Source: Armatimonadota bacterium
Lineage (GTDB): Bacteria; Armatimonadota; UBA10988
Assembly (NCBI GenBank): GCA_016235455.1
Contig: JACRKZ010000067.1
Span: 1 to 64,000 of the forward strand
Length of the DNA: 64,000 nt
Direction: 5' to 3'
The notes under the pieces were generated by a model, which was not told where the DNA came from, made no database searches, and worked only from the letters and a program-made list of their open reading frames with translations. The first letter of the stretch is position 1; every line of letters starts with the position of its first letter. Position numbers and translations under genes: made by a program. Of this stretch, positions 35,901-50,630 are shown piece by piece.

Positions 35901-37308
35901 GCGTCTCGAAGCGATCCTTGATCTGGCGCAGACTGTAGTGCTCGATGTCGCCGATATCCTCGATCTGCTTCTGCAGCGCACACAACGTCCACACCGGCTG
36001 CAACGCACCGCGCTGGCCCAGGAATTGCAGAAACGAGGCATCGGCCTGTAGCGGCGCATGTTGCTTGGCGCCAAGGAACACCGACAGCTCATCCAGCACG
36101 AACAGCACACCCGAGCGTCCGGCCTCGGCCGCCAGTTCCAGCAGGCGACCCAGCCGCTCCACGCGCGACTGGGCGAAGGCAATGGGCAGCTCGGCCTCGG
36201 CCACATAGGCCTGCGCGGCGGCAGCCGCGGCGGCGGGATCCACCGCGGCCAGTGCCGACCAGTCGCCGCCGGCAGCGCGGTCGAGCCCGGGAGCGTGGGT
36301 CGGCAGCAGATGCGCGCGCGTCGTGGCCAGCACGTAGCTGGTCTCGGCCAGCGGCGCGTCGCGGCCGGTCAGGCGGCGTAGCTCATCTTGTGCCGCGCCG
36401 AAGACGACATCCTCCAGCGCCGAGCTGGGCGGATGCTCGTCGAGCGGCACCAGTACCACCAGCCGATCGCCCGCGGCATCGAGCCCGGCGCGGAGATCGC
36501 GCAGGCTGGGCTGGTGCGCGGCCAGCGTGAGGCGGGCTTCGGCGCTGGCTGCCGCCAGGGCGACAGCGCCGAGCAGATGCGACTTGCCCGCTCCGTACAG
36601 GCCGGTGACCATGAACCCGCCACCGGTCGGGCCCGAGAGGCCGGCGACCACGCGCCGTGCCACAGCCAGCGTACCGCCGTCGGCGAGGTGCCACTGGGCC
36701 AGCAACATGGCCTCCAGCGCCTCGTCGCGGCGGGTCAGGCCGGGCGCCACCTGGGCCAACTGCACTACGGTCGGCACGTCGGCCACGGTGATGATGTCGC
36801 CCACCGTCGTGGGCGCGGCGGCCGGGGCGTCGACCGGCGCCGCCGACCGGCGTGCGTTACGAGGTGCCCGGCCGCCGGCACCGAGTTGGCCGACCCACTC
36901 CAGACTGTCGCCATGGGCGCTGCAGCCCGGCCACTCGCCCGGCTCGTCGGCCAGGCCCGCAGCCACCACCCGGTGCTCGATGGCCTCGGCCAGCGGCAGC
37001 CAGTCGGCGTCGTCGGGCAGGACCACGACGCGCGGCGTGTCGCCCAGGAGCATGCCCGAGCGACCCAACAGCGGGTTGACAGCGCGGGCCAGGGCACGCT
37101 GGAGGTCAGCGGCCGCAACCGAGGGCTCGGGACCACCGGCTAGCAGCAGGTCGACCTCGGCCGGCAGCACGGCGAAGGCCAGCACCGGCGCGCTGTGGCG
37201 GTCGGACAGGCGGCGCAACGCGGCGAGTACGGCCTCGATGGCGTCAGCCGTCTCGAACGGCGCCAGGCCCGGCGCGGCGGAGGCGATGATGTGAAGCGCG
37301 CTGGTCAC
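32959..37308 (-). CDS. DUF6079/BrxC-like P-loop ATPase with N-terminal inactivated RAYT (Y1 HUH) transposase domain
   Basis: Walker A GLYGAGKSHLL, Walker B VLFVLDELSVFL, IKDRFE, VYPLHP, C-terminal C..CDEC; N-terminal LAFAVLPAEVDLLL..VNPLLGRSG..VAAGLADEPGEWPGCS follows the RAYT pattern. Confidence 0.75.
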   Translation of the reverse strand: MTSALHIIASAAPGLAPFETADAIEAVLAALRRLSDRHSAPVLAFAVLPAEVDLLLAGGPEPSVAAADLQRALARAVNPLLGRSGMLLGDTPRVVVLPDDADWLPLAEAIEHRVVAAGLADEPGEWPGCSAHGDSLEWVGQLGAGGRAPRNARRSAAPVDAPAAAPTTVGDIITVADVPTVVQLAQVAPGLTRRDEALEAMLLAQWHLADGGTLAVARRVVAGLSGPTGGGFMVTGLYGAGKSHLLGAVALAAASAEARLTLAAHQPSLRDLRAGLDAAGDRLVVLVPLDEHPPSSALEDVVFGAAQDELRRLTGRDAPLAETSYVLATTRAHLLPTHAPGLDRAAGGDWSALAAVDPAAAAAAAQAYVAEAELPIAFAQSRVERLGRLLELAAEAGRSGVLFVLDELSVFLGAKQHAPLQADASFLQFLGQRGALQPVWTLCALQKQIEDIGDIEHYSLRQIKDRFETRLALTLAATRGVLARRVLARRDEATFQAAVETTLRAWTGGARLADLSAARLAEVYPLHPLTFTCLEACAERFLAQTRSVLEFAVARVRGDGLAPGVIDQPLPALVTPDALWAHFAKDIAQHAELRRYRELVWEWYQRNLPTVVEPDDRPLAERLVALLLVLALAGVERGIKDLAAALLPADGAREERVAALVERLRQRGSFVTVERRPGRFNDVPRIDLDCDVNETIRRRARAMQATLLPGDGRLTAVAVESCVDAAFPLATALHPHAAEVVWRNTTRPVFVALRDLATLSADELTNQAALLAGPELDEAVYLYLAEPQRLDRQTEPFAQALARVPDERWTQSLLAWVPREATEAEWTAWSEDVALELVRGDPTLTAGHPLRSRLDEDAEARRARLAALMARLYGDGYVLARWGSAPVGGGSWRESLERLAGWSLDRLFPAFAAVAPRRHLLTRAVADSLIARFIVPGEVVDSPGGEQAADVEDFAQPLGLTEGEQGHYRLHLAEDSPARALVEYLPDRPVTLTAVERWLAKSSYGLVTDQADLLVAAAVRRGYLEALDDDRRPVALASPLRACVAMVRHAPLLDEAGQQALRPLVRAVFGRELAELGHAQQQTLFERLVAWRAAAEAGVAGLRSAVDRAVAELGHEPLQWRETLDLAERILRLALLVEPALSARDGLARLVVEAGDLDEQAWPEFRRLVSFAESDLDALIEAQRLLRAAELPAGTTLANEREALLARLAAGEAVASANADLPADCGDWRRRYVRAYAQWHAEQHGAERFAPYDAFRTGPHMRVLANLSRLALDAPDSAAAVASSLRAERVKQCRRADLAATLRTRLVCDECGLVLGQSPALRPVSALQAEAERGIAALLAELRQDGHAVPVRDGLRAMPPDDPRRRQAEVLLDAPEPALDMLLAATPFGVIDLINGFLTTRVVAHRSLRTLGSRLAGQRLTKRQAIDGFAQWLDPDGAVEPDGLIEFDD

Positions 37309-37369
37309 GTGGCGTTGTTCGCGCCGTCGATGCCGATTCCTTGTGAAATCTTGCGCCAGACCGTGGCCC

Positions 37370-37404
37370 AAACAAATCGGCCCCGGCGCTGAACCGGGGC
37401 CGAT
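37370..37404 (-). terminator. Intrinsic terminator after the DUF1559 gene
   Basis: ATCGGCCCCGG-7nt-CCGGGGCCGAT followed by TTGTTT on the minus strand. Confidence 0.7.
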
Positions 37405-37439
37405 CGCGCTTCACAGGCTTAGGCCGTGAGGCCGAACGC

Positions 37440-38186
37440 CTACCACCAGTTCCAGCCGGGCTGGTCACTGACGTTGAACGTCGTGTAGGGGAACGCGGTC
37501 ACGAAGCCGTTGCGGTCGCCTTGCTTGAGCGGCGGCGAGACCTTGACGTGGCCGTCGGCATAGCAGATGTTCGCGTTCTGGCCCATGTGGCGCGGCAGGT
37601 TCGGGTCCCAGCCCGGACTGCCGTCACTGACCACGCGCTGCCAGCCGCCCGCCAGCGTGTAGTCCGCCTGCAGGCCGTAGCCGGCGGTCGCGTTCAACGG
37701 GCTCTCCCAGTTGCCGGCATTGCCGCCATTGCGGGTCGTCGCTCCGTCGATGAACATGCAGCGCAGCTCCGGCTGATCAACGATGGCCATGGACCGCCAG
37801 CCGAGCCCGTCCGAGTTCCACAGGTAGCTGCACGCGGGCGGATCGGGGTCGCTCGGGCACTTGTAGACCTGGAGGTTGTTCAGGTACGGCGTGATCTGCT
37901 GCTGAGCCGTCCAGCCGCGGGCCAGGTTGCCCTGCGGATCGGTCCAGCCGGCCGGGTACTTCTCGTCGTAGTCCTGCACATACTGCAGGGTCGCCGTGCC
38001 CAGTTGCTTGAGGTTGTTGGCGCAGCTCGACATGCGCGCCTTCTCGCGGGCCTTGGCGAAGACCGGGAACAGGATTGCGGTGAGGATCGCGATGACGACC
38101 AGCAGTTCGATGAGGGTAAACCCTCGGTGGGTACGACAGCGCCTTGACTTGTTCTGCCGCCACTCCCATCGGAGTGCGACCATCAT
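37440..38186 (-). CDS. DUF1559 / prepilin-type N-terminal cleavage-methylation protein (start uncertain)
   Basis: [63 protein letters not shown]. Confidence 0.88.
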   Translation of the reverse strand: MMVALRWEWRQNKSRRCRTHRGFTLIELLVVIAILTAILFPVFAKAREKARMSSCANNLKQLGTATLQYVQDYDEKYPAGWTDPQGNLARGWTAQQQITPYLNNLQVYKCPSDPDPPACSYLWNSDGLGWRSMAIVDQPELRCMFIDGATTRNGGNAGNWESPLNATAGYGLQADYTLAGGWQRVVSDGSPGWDPNLPRHMGQNANICYADGHVKVSPPLKQGDRNGFVTAFPYTTFNVSDQPGWNWW

Positions 38187-39499
38187 CGAGGATTGGGCAA
38201 GTCAGAACCAATCGAAACGTTACAAGCGCCCACTCCGTGCCCAATGACCTCCAAAACCGCGAATGTCAGGCCGTGGTACGTCACCAGGTCACCGACGCGC
38301 GGCGGACGGTTGAGCAGCATCAGCACCAGGCCACTGACCGTGTCGACGTCCTCGCTCTCGAGCGCCAGGTCGAGGGTCTCGGCCAGGTCTTCGAGCCGCG
38401 CCGTGCCCAGCACAAACAGGCGGCCGCTGGCGTCCTCACGGATTTCGATGGACCCAGGCTTGCCCGCGGCAATCTCGCCGACGATCTCGGCCGACAGGTC
38501 GTCGGTGGTCACCAGCCCAGCGGTGCCGCCGAACTCGTCCATGACCACGGCCATCTGGCAGTGGTCGCGGCGCATGGCCTCCAGCACCGTGTCCAGCGGC
38601 GCCGTGGCCGGCACATACGGCAGCGGCGAGGTGACCTCGCGCCCCAACGGCGCGCCACGCAACAGCAGGCCGAGCATCCGCTTGACCGAGACGACGCCGA
38701 CGATGTGGTCGAGGTCGCCGTCGTAGACCGGATAGCGCGTGAAGGGATGCTCGGCCAGCGCGGCGCGCATCTGGTCGGGCTGGGCGCCGAGTTCGAGGCC
38801 GACCACCTGGGTGCGCGGCACCATCACCTCACCCGCGCTCAGGTCGCCGAAATCGAAGATCTCGCGCAACATGCGGCTGGATGTGCCTTCGAGCAGGCCG
38901 CCGGCCTCGCTCTCCGCGACGACGTACTCGATCTCCTCGGCGCTGTGGAAGTGGGCGCCCGACTCCTCGTCGCGTCGGATGCCGATGGCGCGCAGCACCA
39001 GCCCGCCCAGCGCGTGCAGACCGACGACAAGCGGCGCGGTCAGCCAGAAGCAGACGGTCATGAACGGCAGGATGCGCAGCAGCGCGCGCTCGCCCGAGGC
39101 CAGGGCCAGTGATTTGGGCACCATCTCGCCGAGCACGATGTGGAAGAAGGTCAGCGCGGCGACCGACACGATGCTGGCCAGGGCATGGGCGGCAATGACA
39201 CGCTCCACGGCGGGCAGCGCCAGGTGCAGCGCCAGCCAGCCGGCCAGCCCGTGCTCGCCAACCATGCCCAGCCCGAGGCTGGCCAGGGTGATGCCGAGTT
39301 GCGCGGTAGCGATGTAACGGTCCTGGAGCTTGGGAGTGTGCAGCAGCAGGCGCGCCGCGAGCGCCACGCGATGGCCGTCCTGGGCCAGCCGCTCGATGGC
39401 CGCGCGCGGCGCGCCGACCACGGCGAACTCGGCCAGCACAAAGGCGCCGTTGAGCGCCAGCAGCGCGATGACCACGATGACCGAGGCCAGGCTACCCAT
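38183..39499 (-). CDS. Hemolysin family protein (CNNM-CBS-CorC_HlyC)
   Basis: [50 protein letters not shown]. Confidence 0.9.
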   Translation of the reverse strand: MGSLASVIVVIALLALNGAFVLAEFAVVGAPRAAIERLAQDGHRVALAARLLLHTPKLQDRYIATAQLGITLASLGLGMVGEHGLAGWLALHLALPAVERVIAAHALASIVSVAALTFFHIVLGEMVPKSLALASGERALLRILPFMTVCFWLTAPLVVGLHALGGLVLRAIGIRRDEESGAHFHSAEEIEYVVAESEAGGLLEGTSSRMLREIFDFGDLSAGEVMVPRTQVVGLELGAQPDQMRAALAEHPFTRYPVYDGDLDHIVGVVSVKRMLGLLLRGAPLGREVTSPLPYVPATAPLDTVLEAMRRDHCQMAVVMDEFGGTAGLVTTDDLSAEIVGEIAAGKPGSIEIREDASGRLFVLGTARLEDLAETLDLALESEDVDTVSGLVLMLLNRPPRVGDLVTYHGLTFAVLEVIGHGVGACNVSIGSDLPNPR

Positions 39500-40793
39500 C
39501 GCCGGCCTCCTCGCTGTCGGGCACGGGCAGCGCCAGCACCGCCATCACCGCCTGGCGGGCAACACGTTCGACGCGGACCCGCACGCCGTCGATGACCACC
39601 TCGGCGCCCGGCGCGGGCAGGCGGCCGAGCTCCTCGGTAACTCGCCCGCCGACGGTCTCAGCCTCGCCCGACCACAGCACGCCGAGCCACACCTCGGCCT
39701 CGTCGAGCCGCATGAGGCCGGGCAGGCGCACCCGGCCATCGGCCAGGCGCTCGGGCTCCGGCTGGCCACCGAGCGAGGCGTCGGGGATCTCGTCGAGGAT
39801 CTCGGTGAGGATGTCCTGCACCGAGACCATGCCGGCCACGCCGCCGTATTCGTCGACTACCAGGGCCACTTCGGTGCGGTGCTCGCGCAACAGCATCAAC
39901 AGCCGGTCGGCCGAAACATGCTCCGAGACCGCCGGCACGTCGCGCAGCAGTTGCTCGGGGTTGGTCAGCGTGCCGTGCTCGGCCACGTGCAGCACGACGT
40001 CGCGGCTATGCAGCAGGCCCAACACGTTGTCGGGCGTCTCGCGATAGGCGGGCAGGCGCGTGTGGGTCGAGCGCAGCAGGTGTTCGAGCACCTGCTCGTC
40101 GCCCAGGTCGAGGTTGACCATGTCCAGATAGAGCCGCGGCACCATGATCTGTCGCGCGGTGAGGTGTGCGAGCTGCAGCACGCGGTGCAGCCGCTCCTGC
40201 TCATCGGGCTCGAGCAGACCGCCATCGCGGCTCTCCACGAGCAGCAGGTCGATCTCCTCGGGCGAATGCACGTGGCGGTGGCCCGTCGACTGGAAGCCCA
40301 GCACTCGCAAGATGGCCTCGGCGGTGCCGTTGAGCACCCCGATGAGCGGGCGGAAGAGCGCCTGGCTGACCTGCATGGGCCGCGCGGTGAGCAGCGCCAC
40401 CCGCAGCGGCGCGTGGAGCGCGGCGGACTTGGGCACCAGCTCCCCGAGCACCATCAGCAGCACGGACAGCAGGAGCAGCACGATGGCGTTGGCCGCCGCC
40501 GGGCTGACCCAGGCCTTCAGCGCCTCCTCGACATACGGCGTGACCCGCGCCGCGGTGAAGGCACCGAGGATCAGGTTGGTCAGCGTGATGCCGATCTGCG
40601 AGGCAGAGATGTAGCGGTCTAGCCGGCGCGGGTCGTCGAGCAGGTCGAGCAGACGCGCCGCGAGGACGTGGCCCTCGTCGGCAAGCGCGCGCAACTGGCT
40701 GCGGCGCACGCCCACCGCCGACAACTCAGCAGCGACATAGAGCGCCGACAACCCCACCAGTAGCGCGATGACCAGCCAGGTTCCCGAAGTCAT
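39492..40793 (-). CDS. Hemolysin family protein (CNNM-CBS-CorC_HlyC), paralog
   Basis: YVAAELS, SQIGIT, GELVPKS, IMVPR, HTRLPAY, VVDEYGGVAG. Confidence 0.9.
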   Translation of the reverse strand: MTSGTWLVIALLVGLSALYVAAELSAVGVRRSQLRALADEGHVLAARLLDLLDDPRRLDRYISASQIGITLTNLILGAFTAARVTPYVEEALKAWVSPAAANAIVLLLLSVLLMVLGELVPKSAALHAPLRVALLTARPMQVSQALFRPLIGVLNGTAEAILRVLGFQSTGHRHVHSPEEIDLLLVESRDGGLLEPDEQERLHRVLQLAHLTARQIMVPRLYLDMVNLDLGDEQVLEHLLRSTHTRLPAYRETPDNVLGLLHSRDVVLHVAEHGTLTNPEQLLRDVPAVSEHVSADRLLMLLREHRTEVALVVDEYGGVAGMVSVQDILTEILDEIPDASLGGQPEPERLADGRVRLPGLMRLDEAEVWLGVLWSGEAETVGGRVTEELGRLPAPGAEVVIDGVRVRVERVARQAVMAVLALPVPDSEEAGDG

Positions 40794-40836
40794 GGCAACC
40801 CTATGATAGCCGACGCCGGCCCTCGTCGGTCGCAAA

Positions 40837-47133
<6,297 letters not shown>

Positions 47134-47159
47134 CGATACGATCTGGGGAGGAGAGTCCA

Positions 47160-47960
47160 ATGCGCTGGGTGCTGTGGATCATGGCGGCGGTGCTGGGCTG
47201 CTCGTCGCTGGCCTGGGCGTCGGACGGCGTCACGGGCCTGGTCGTCGACGCCTCCCACCTGCCGCTCAAGCGAGCGCGGTTTCCGCGCGTCTTCGATGAG
47301 GCGGGCGAGCTGCTCTACCCGCCCCCCAAGCTCTGCGAAGACCCGAACTACCAGGGCTTCGAGGGCTACCAGCCGACGCTGACCGAGGCCCGCGCCGACA
47401 AGACCCGTGTCGGCGCCAAGCCGCTGATCGTCAAGGCGCTCAAGGTCAAGGACAAGGACCCGTTGGAGGGCTCGGTGGTCATCTCCGCGGCCGATGCCGA
47501 GCAGGTCCGCGCCCTCAACGCCAAAGCCACCGCACTGCTGGACAAGGACAAGATCGCGATCGTCATCGGCCTGGCAGTGGTTCAGACCAAGCCGGCCGCC
47601 GACAGCAAGGATGTGGCCGAGGACGCGATCGTGGAAGTGGTCTTCTCCAAGCCGCTGAGCGACGACAGCGCGCGCTCCGCCGCATTGGTAACGGTGAAGA
47701 CGGCCGAAGGCGCCGCCGTGGCAGGTTCGACTCTTTACGCTGTCAGCACCAAAACTGCCACTTTCAGGCCCTCTAGTTCGTGGGCCAAAGGAACGACATA
47801 CACAGTAGTGGTGGACAAGAACGCTGAGGCCGAAGGGCTGGGTCGCCTGGATGGCGGCTACCAGTTCAGTTTCACCACGGTGGTGGCGCCGAAGGAAGCC
47901 GGGGGCGCCGCGACCGCCGACGGCGGCGACGGCAAGAAGCAGAAGGACGAAAAGAAGTGA
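47160..47960 (+). CDS. Secreted protein with C-terminal SbsA/Big_5 Ig-like domain
   Basis: Signal peptide; TGLVVDA N-domain; VVQTKPA..IVEVVFSKPL..TFRP..GTTYTVVV..FSFTT. Confidence 0.7.
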   Translation: MRWVLWIMAAVLGCSSLAWASDGVTGLVVDASHLPLKRARFPRVFDEAGELLYPPPKLCEDPNYQGFEGYQPTLTEARADKTRVGAKPLIVKALKVKDKDPLEGSVVISAADAEQVRALNAKATALLDKDKIAIVIGLAVVQTKPAADSKDVAEDAIVEVVFSKPLSDDSARSAALVTVKTAEGAAVAGSTLYAVSTKTATFRPSSSWAKGTTYTVVVDKNAEAEGLGRLDGGYQFSFTTVVAPKEAGGAATADGGDGKKQKDEKK

Positions 47961-49516
47961 CGGGCGCGCTGAGCGCCCGACGGGAGCAGGCGTTGGGCGC
48001 GATGGGCTTGGTTGAGGAGCAGTTGGTGGTGCCAGAGACGACAACGCATCCTCGCGGACGCGTACTCGTCGTCGATGACGAGAAGCCCATCGTCACCATC
48101 CTCGTCGAGGTGCTGCGTTCCGCCGGCTTCGAAGTGACGGGCGTCGACCATCCCGCCAAAGCCACGGCGCTGCCGGCCGACTCGTTCGATATCGTGCTCA
48201 CCGACTACAAGATGCCCGGCACCGACGGCATCCGACTGTTTGAGGAACTGCGCCTGAGCAATGTCCATCTGGTCGGCGTGCTGGTGACCGGTTTTGGCAA
48301 CACCCAGTTGGTCCAGGAAGCCATGCGCCGCGGACTCAACGGCATTCTGCTCAAGCCGTTCCCGCTCGAGCGCGTGGTGGCCACGGTCGAGCGTGCGTTG
48401 AGCCAGCGCTGGCTCAACGCGGAGAACGAGCGGCTGTCCGCCGTGATCGAGATGTACTCCGCGCGCCAGAGTCTGCATCGGCCGCGCAACCGCGACGAGC
48501 TGGCGCTGGCCCTGGCCGAACTGGTACGCTCCCGCCTGTCCCGCTGCGAAGCCTTAGTTCTGCTGGCCGACGCCACCGAGGGCCGGCTCTATGCGCCGCG
48601 CGGCCGCTCCGACCGAGCCGCTTGGGCGGATCTGGTCGATGAGTGGTCGGGCCAGAGCGCCGACTCGGTGCAGGGCGGAGTCGAACCCTATGGCGATCAG
48701 TGGCTGGTGCGGCTGCCCTTGACTTGCGACGGGACCGTCGAGGGCTGCCTGCTACTGCGTCAGGAAGGTGACCGGCCGACCACATCCGCCGTCGAGCGGC
48801 TCAGCCTGCTCAGTTCGCAGGCGGCGCTGGTGCTGTCGCACCTAAGACTGTTCGAGAGCCAACTGCGCGAGGAGAAGCTGGCCCTGGTTGGCCGCATGGC
48901 GGGCGTCATCTGCGACCGCGTGCGCACCCCGCTGCAGGCCATCGAGGCTGCGGTGGCCGAACTCGATCTCGAGACTCCCGACTACGCGGACATGATCCGC
49001 GACGAGACACACCATCTCGACCGCTTGTGCGCCGAGCTCTCGGACCTGGTCTCGGGATCGGACCGGCTCGTGCTGGCCGACACCAATCTCGCCGAGCTGC
49101 TGCTCGACTTGGCGCATCGCGTGCGGCCCGAGCAGGAGCGACGCGGCGTGCAGGTGTTGTGCATGGTCTCCGAGCCGCTCATCGTCCCTGCCGACGCCGG
49201 CAAGCTGACCCGCGCGCTGCACAACCTGGTCAAGAACGCCGGCGAAGCCATGCCCCAAGGCGGAGTACTGGCGCTCGGGCTCGATCGCGAGCCCGGCCAG
49301 GCAGTGATCACCGTGGGCGACACCGGCGTGGGCATGAGCAACGACGTGCTGGCCCGCGTGTTCGAGCCGTTCTTCAGCCACGGCAAGGTGCACGGCACCG
49401 GTCTGGGCGGCGCCGTGGTCCGCAGTGCCGTGCAAGCCCATGGCGGGCGCATCGAAGTGCACAGCCGCGAAGGCGAAGGCACCACCTTCCGCCTCTACCT
49501 GCCCCTGCCGGCCTGA
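47957..49516 (+). CDS. Hybrid REC-GAF-like-HisKA-HATPase sensor lacking the H-box histidine (start 47957 or 48002)
   Basis: VLVVDDE, LTDYKMPG, KPF; EKLALVGRMAGVICDRVRTPL; NLVKNA, DTGVGM, FEPFFS, GTGLG. Confidence 0.85.
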   Translation: MTGALSARREQALGAMGLVEEQLVVPETTTHPRGRVLVVDDEKPIVTILVEVLRSAGFEVTGVDHPAKATALPADSFDIVLTDYKMPGTDGIRLFEELRLSNVHLVGVLVTGFGNTQLVQEAMRRGLNGILLKPFPLERVVATVERALSQRWLNAENERLSAVIEMYSARQSLHRPRNRDELALALAELVRSRLSRCEALVLLADATEGRLYAPRGRSDRAAWADLVDEWSGQSADSVQGGVEPYGDQWLVRLPLTCDGTVEGCLLLRQEGDRPTTSAVERLSLLSSQAALVLSHLRLFESQLREEKLALVGRMAGVICDRVRTPLQAIEAAVAELDLETPDYADMIRDETHHLDRLCAELSDLVSGSDRLVLADTNLAELLLDLAHRVRPEQERRGVQVLCMVSEPLIVPADAGKLTRALHNLVKNAGEAMPQGGVLALGLDREPGQAVITVGDTGVGMSNDVLARVFEPFFSHGKVHGTGLGGAVVRSAVQAHGGRIEVHSREGEGTTFRLYLPLPA

Positions 49517-49540
49517 GCCAAGGTGGGACTCGGAGAAGCC

Positions 49541-49919
49541 ATGCGGTACCTGGTGGCCATTCATCACCCGGACGACTATGACCCGCTGGTCGCCGAGGAC
49601 GAAGCGATGTCGGCCGATATCGACACGCTCAACGACGAGATGGTCGCGGCTGGCGTCAGGCTGTTCGTGGGCGGCCTGCGCCCCGCCGGCAGCGCGACGT
49701 CGATCCGGCCGCAGCCCGATGGTGCGGTACTCATCACCGATGGGCCCTACTTGGCGACCACGGAGCACATGGGCGGCTTCTGGGTGCTCGAAGTCGCTGA
49801 CCTGGACGAAGCGCTGGCGTGGGGGCGCAAAAGTCGCTGACCTGGACGAAGCGCTGGCGTGGGGGCGCAAGGCCGCCATCGCCTGTCGGGTACCGGTCGA
49901 GGTGCGTCCGTTCTTCTGA
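49541..49919 (+). pseudogene. YciI-related (DGPF-type) protein frameshifted by a 40-bp tandem duplication
   Basis: TDGPYLATTEHMGGFWVLEVADLDEALAWG then KAAIACRVPVEVRPF in a shifted frame; exact repeat 49791-49830 and 49831-49870. Confidence 0.85.
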
Positions 49920-49944
49920 CGCCGCACCTGCCAGGAGGCCGGCC

Positions 49945-50598
49945 TCAGCCTTCGGGCTTGGGCACCAGCCTTTGCGTCGAGGCCATCAGCCAGACTCGCA
50001 CGCTCTGCCGATTGGACACGGCCCATAGCGCGGCGTCGGGCACTTTGATGCCGTAGTCACTCAGCAGGATGTCGAAATCCGCATCGACCCGCAGCAGGTC
50101 GCCGGGTAATCGATGCGCCGTCCCATCGGTCGCGGGGATCAGCGTCACTCGCAGCCGGAGCGGCACCTCGCGGGTCACGCCCCGCAGCGTCAGGTCTCCG
50201 GTGGCATCGAGGTCGGCCGGCTCCAGCGCTCTGAGCGCCAGAGTCGTGGCCGCCGACTTGATAGCCTTCAGTTCCAGCGTGACCTTGGGATGCTTGTCAA
50301 CCGCCAGCCAGCCGGCGCCGCGCATATGCTCGTCGCGAAGCGCAATGCCCGTGCCGAGCTTGGCGGCGTCGATCTCGAACTTGGCCGCCGGCTTGTCCAG
50401 CACGTTGTTCGGATCGACATCGACGGTTCCCTTGACCGACTGCGCGCGGGTGACGATGGTCTCCAGCGGCGCGACGGACGTGATGGTCACGACATCGCGC
50501 TCATAGGGGTCGTCCACCAGGTAGTTGGTGCGGCCAGCGGCCAAGGCCAAGCCGGCCGCCAGCGTCAGTATGGTCGTCGCAGTGGCTTTCGCGTTCAT
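49945..50598 (-). CDS. YceI family lipid/polyisoprenoid-binding protein
   Basis: Signal peptide; LGTGIALRDEHMRGAGWL, GDLTLRGVTREV, LSDYGI. Confidence 0.85.
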   Translation of the reverse strand: MNAKATATTILTLAAGLALAAGRTNYLVDDPYERDVVTITSVAPLETIVTRAQSVKGTVDVDPNNVLDKPAAKFEIDAAKLGTGIALRDEHMRGAGWLAVDKHPKVTLELKAIKSAATTLALRALEPADLDATGDLTLRGVTREVPLRLRVTLIPATDGTAHRLPGDLLRVDADFDILLSDYGIKVPDAALWAVSNRQSVRVWLMASTQRLVPKPEG

Positions 50599-50630
50599 GG
50601 TATGCTCCAGGCTGGTGCGGAGGACATACC

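Noticed and set aside
36910-37308. Active IS200/RAYT mobile element
   Set aside because: HUH and catalytic Tyr are absent, there is no stop before the ATPase and no flanking REP array.
47720-47830. GGTTCGACTC tRNA-like T-loop in an AT-richer stretch
   Set aside because: No cloverleaf or CCA; it lies within the Ig-domain reading frame.
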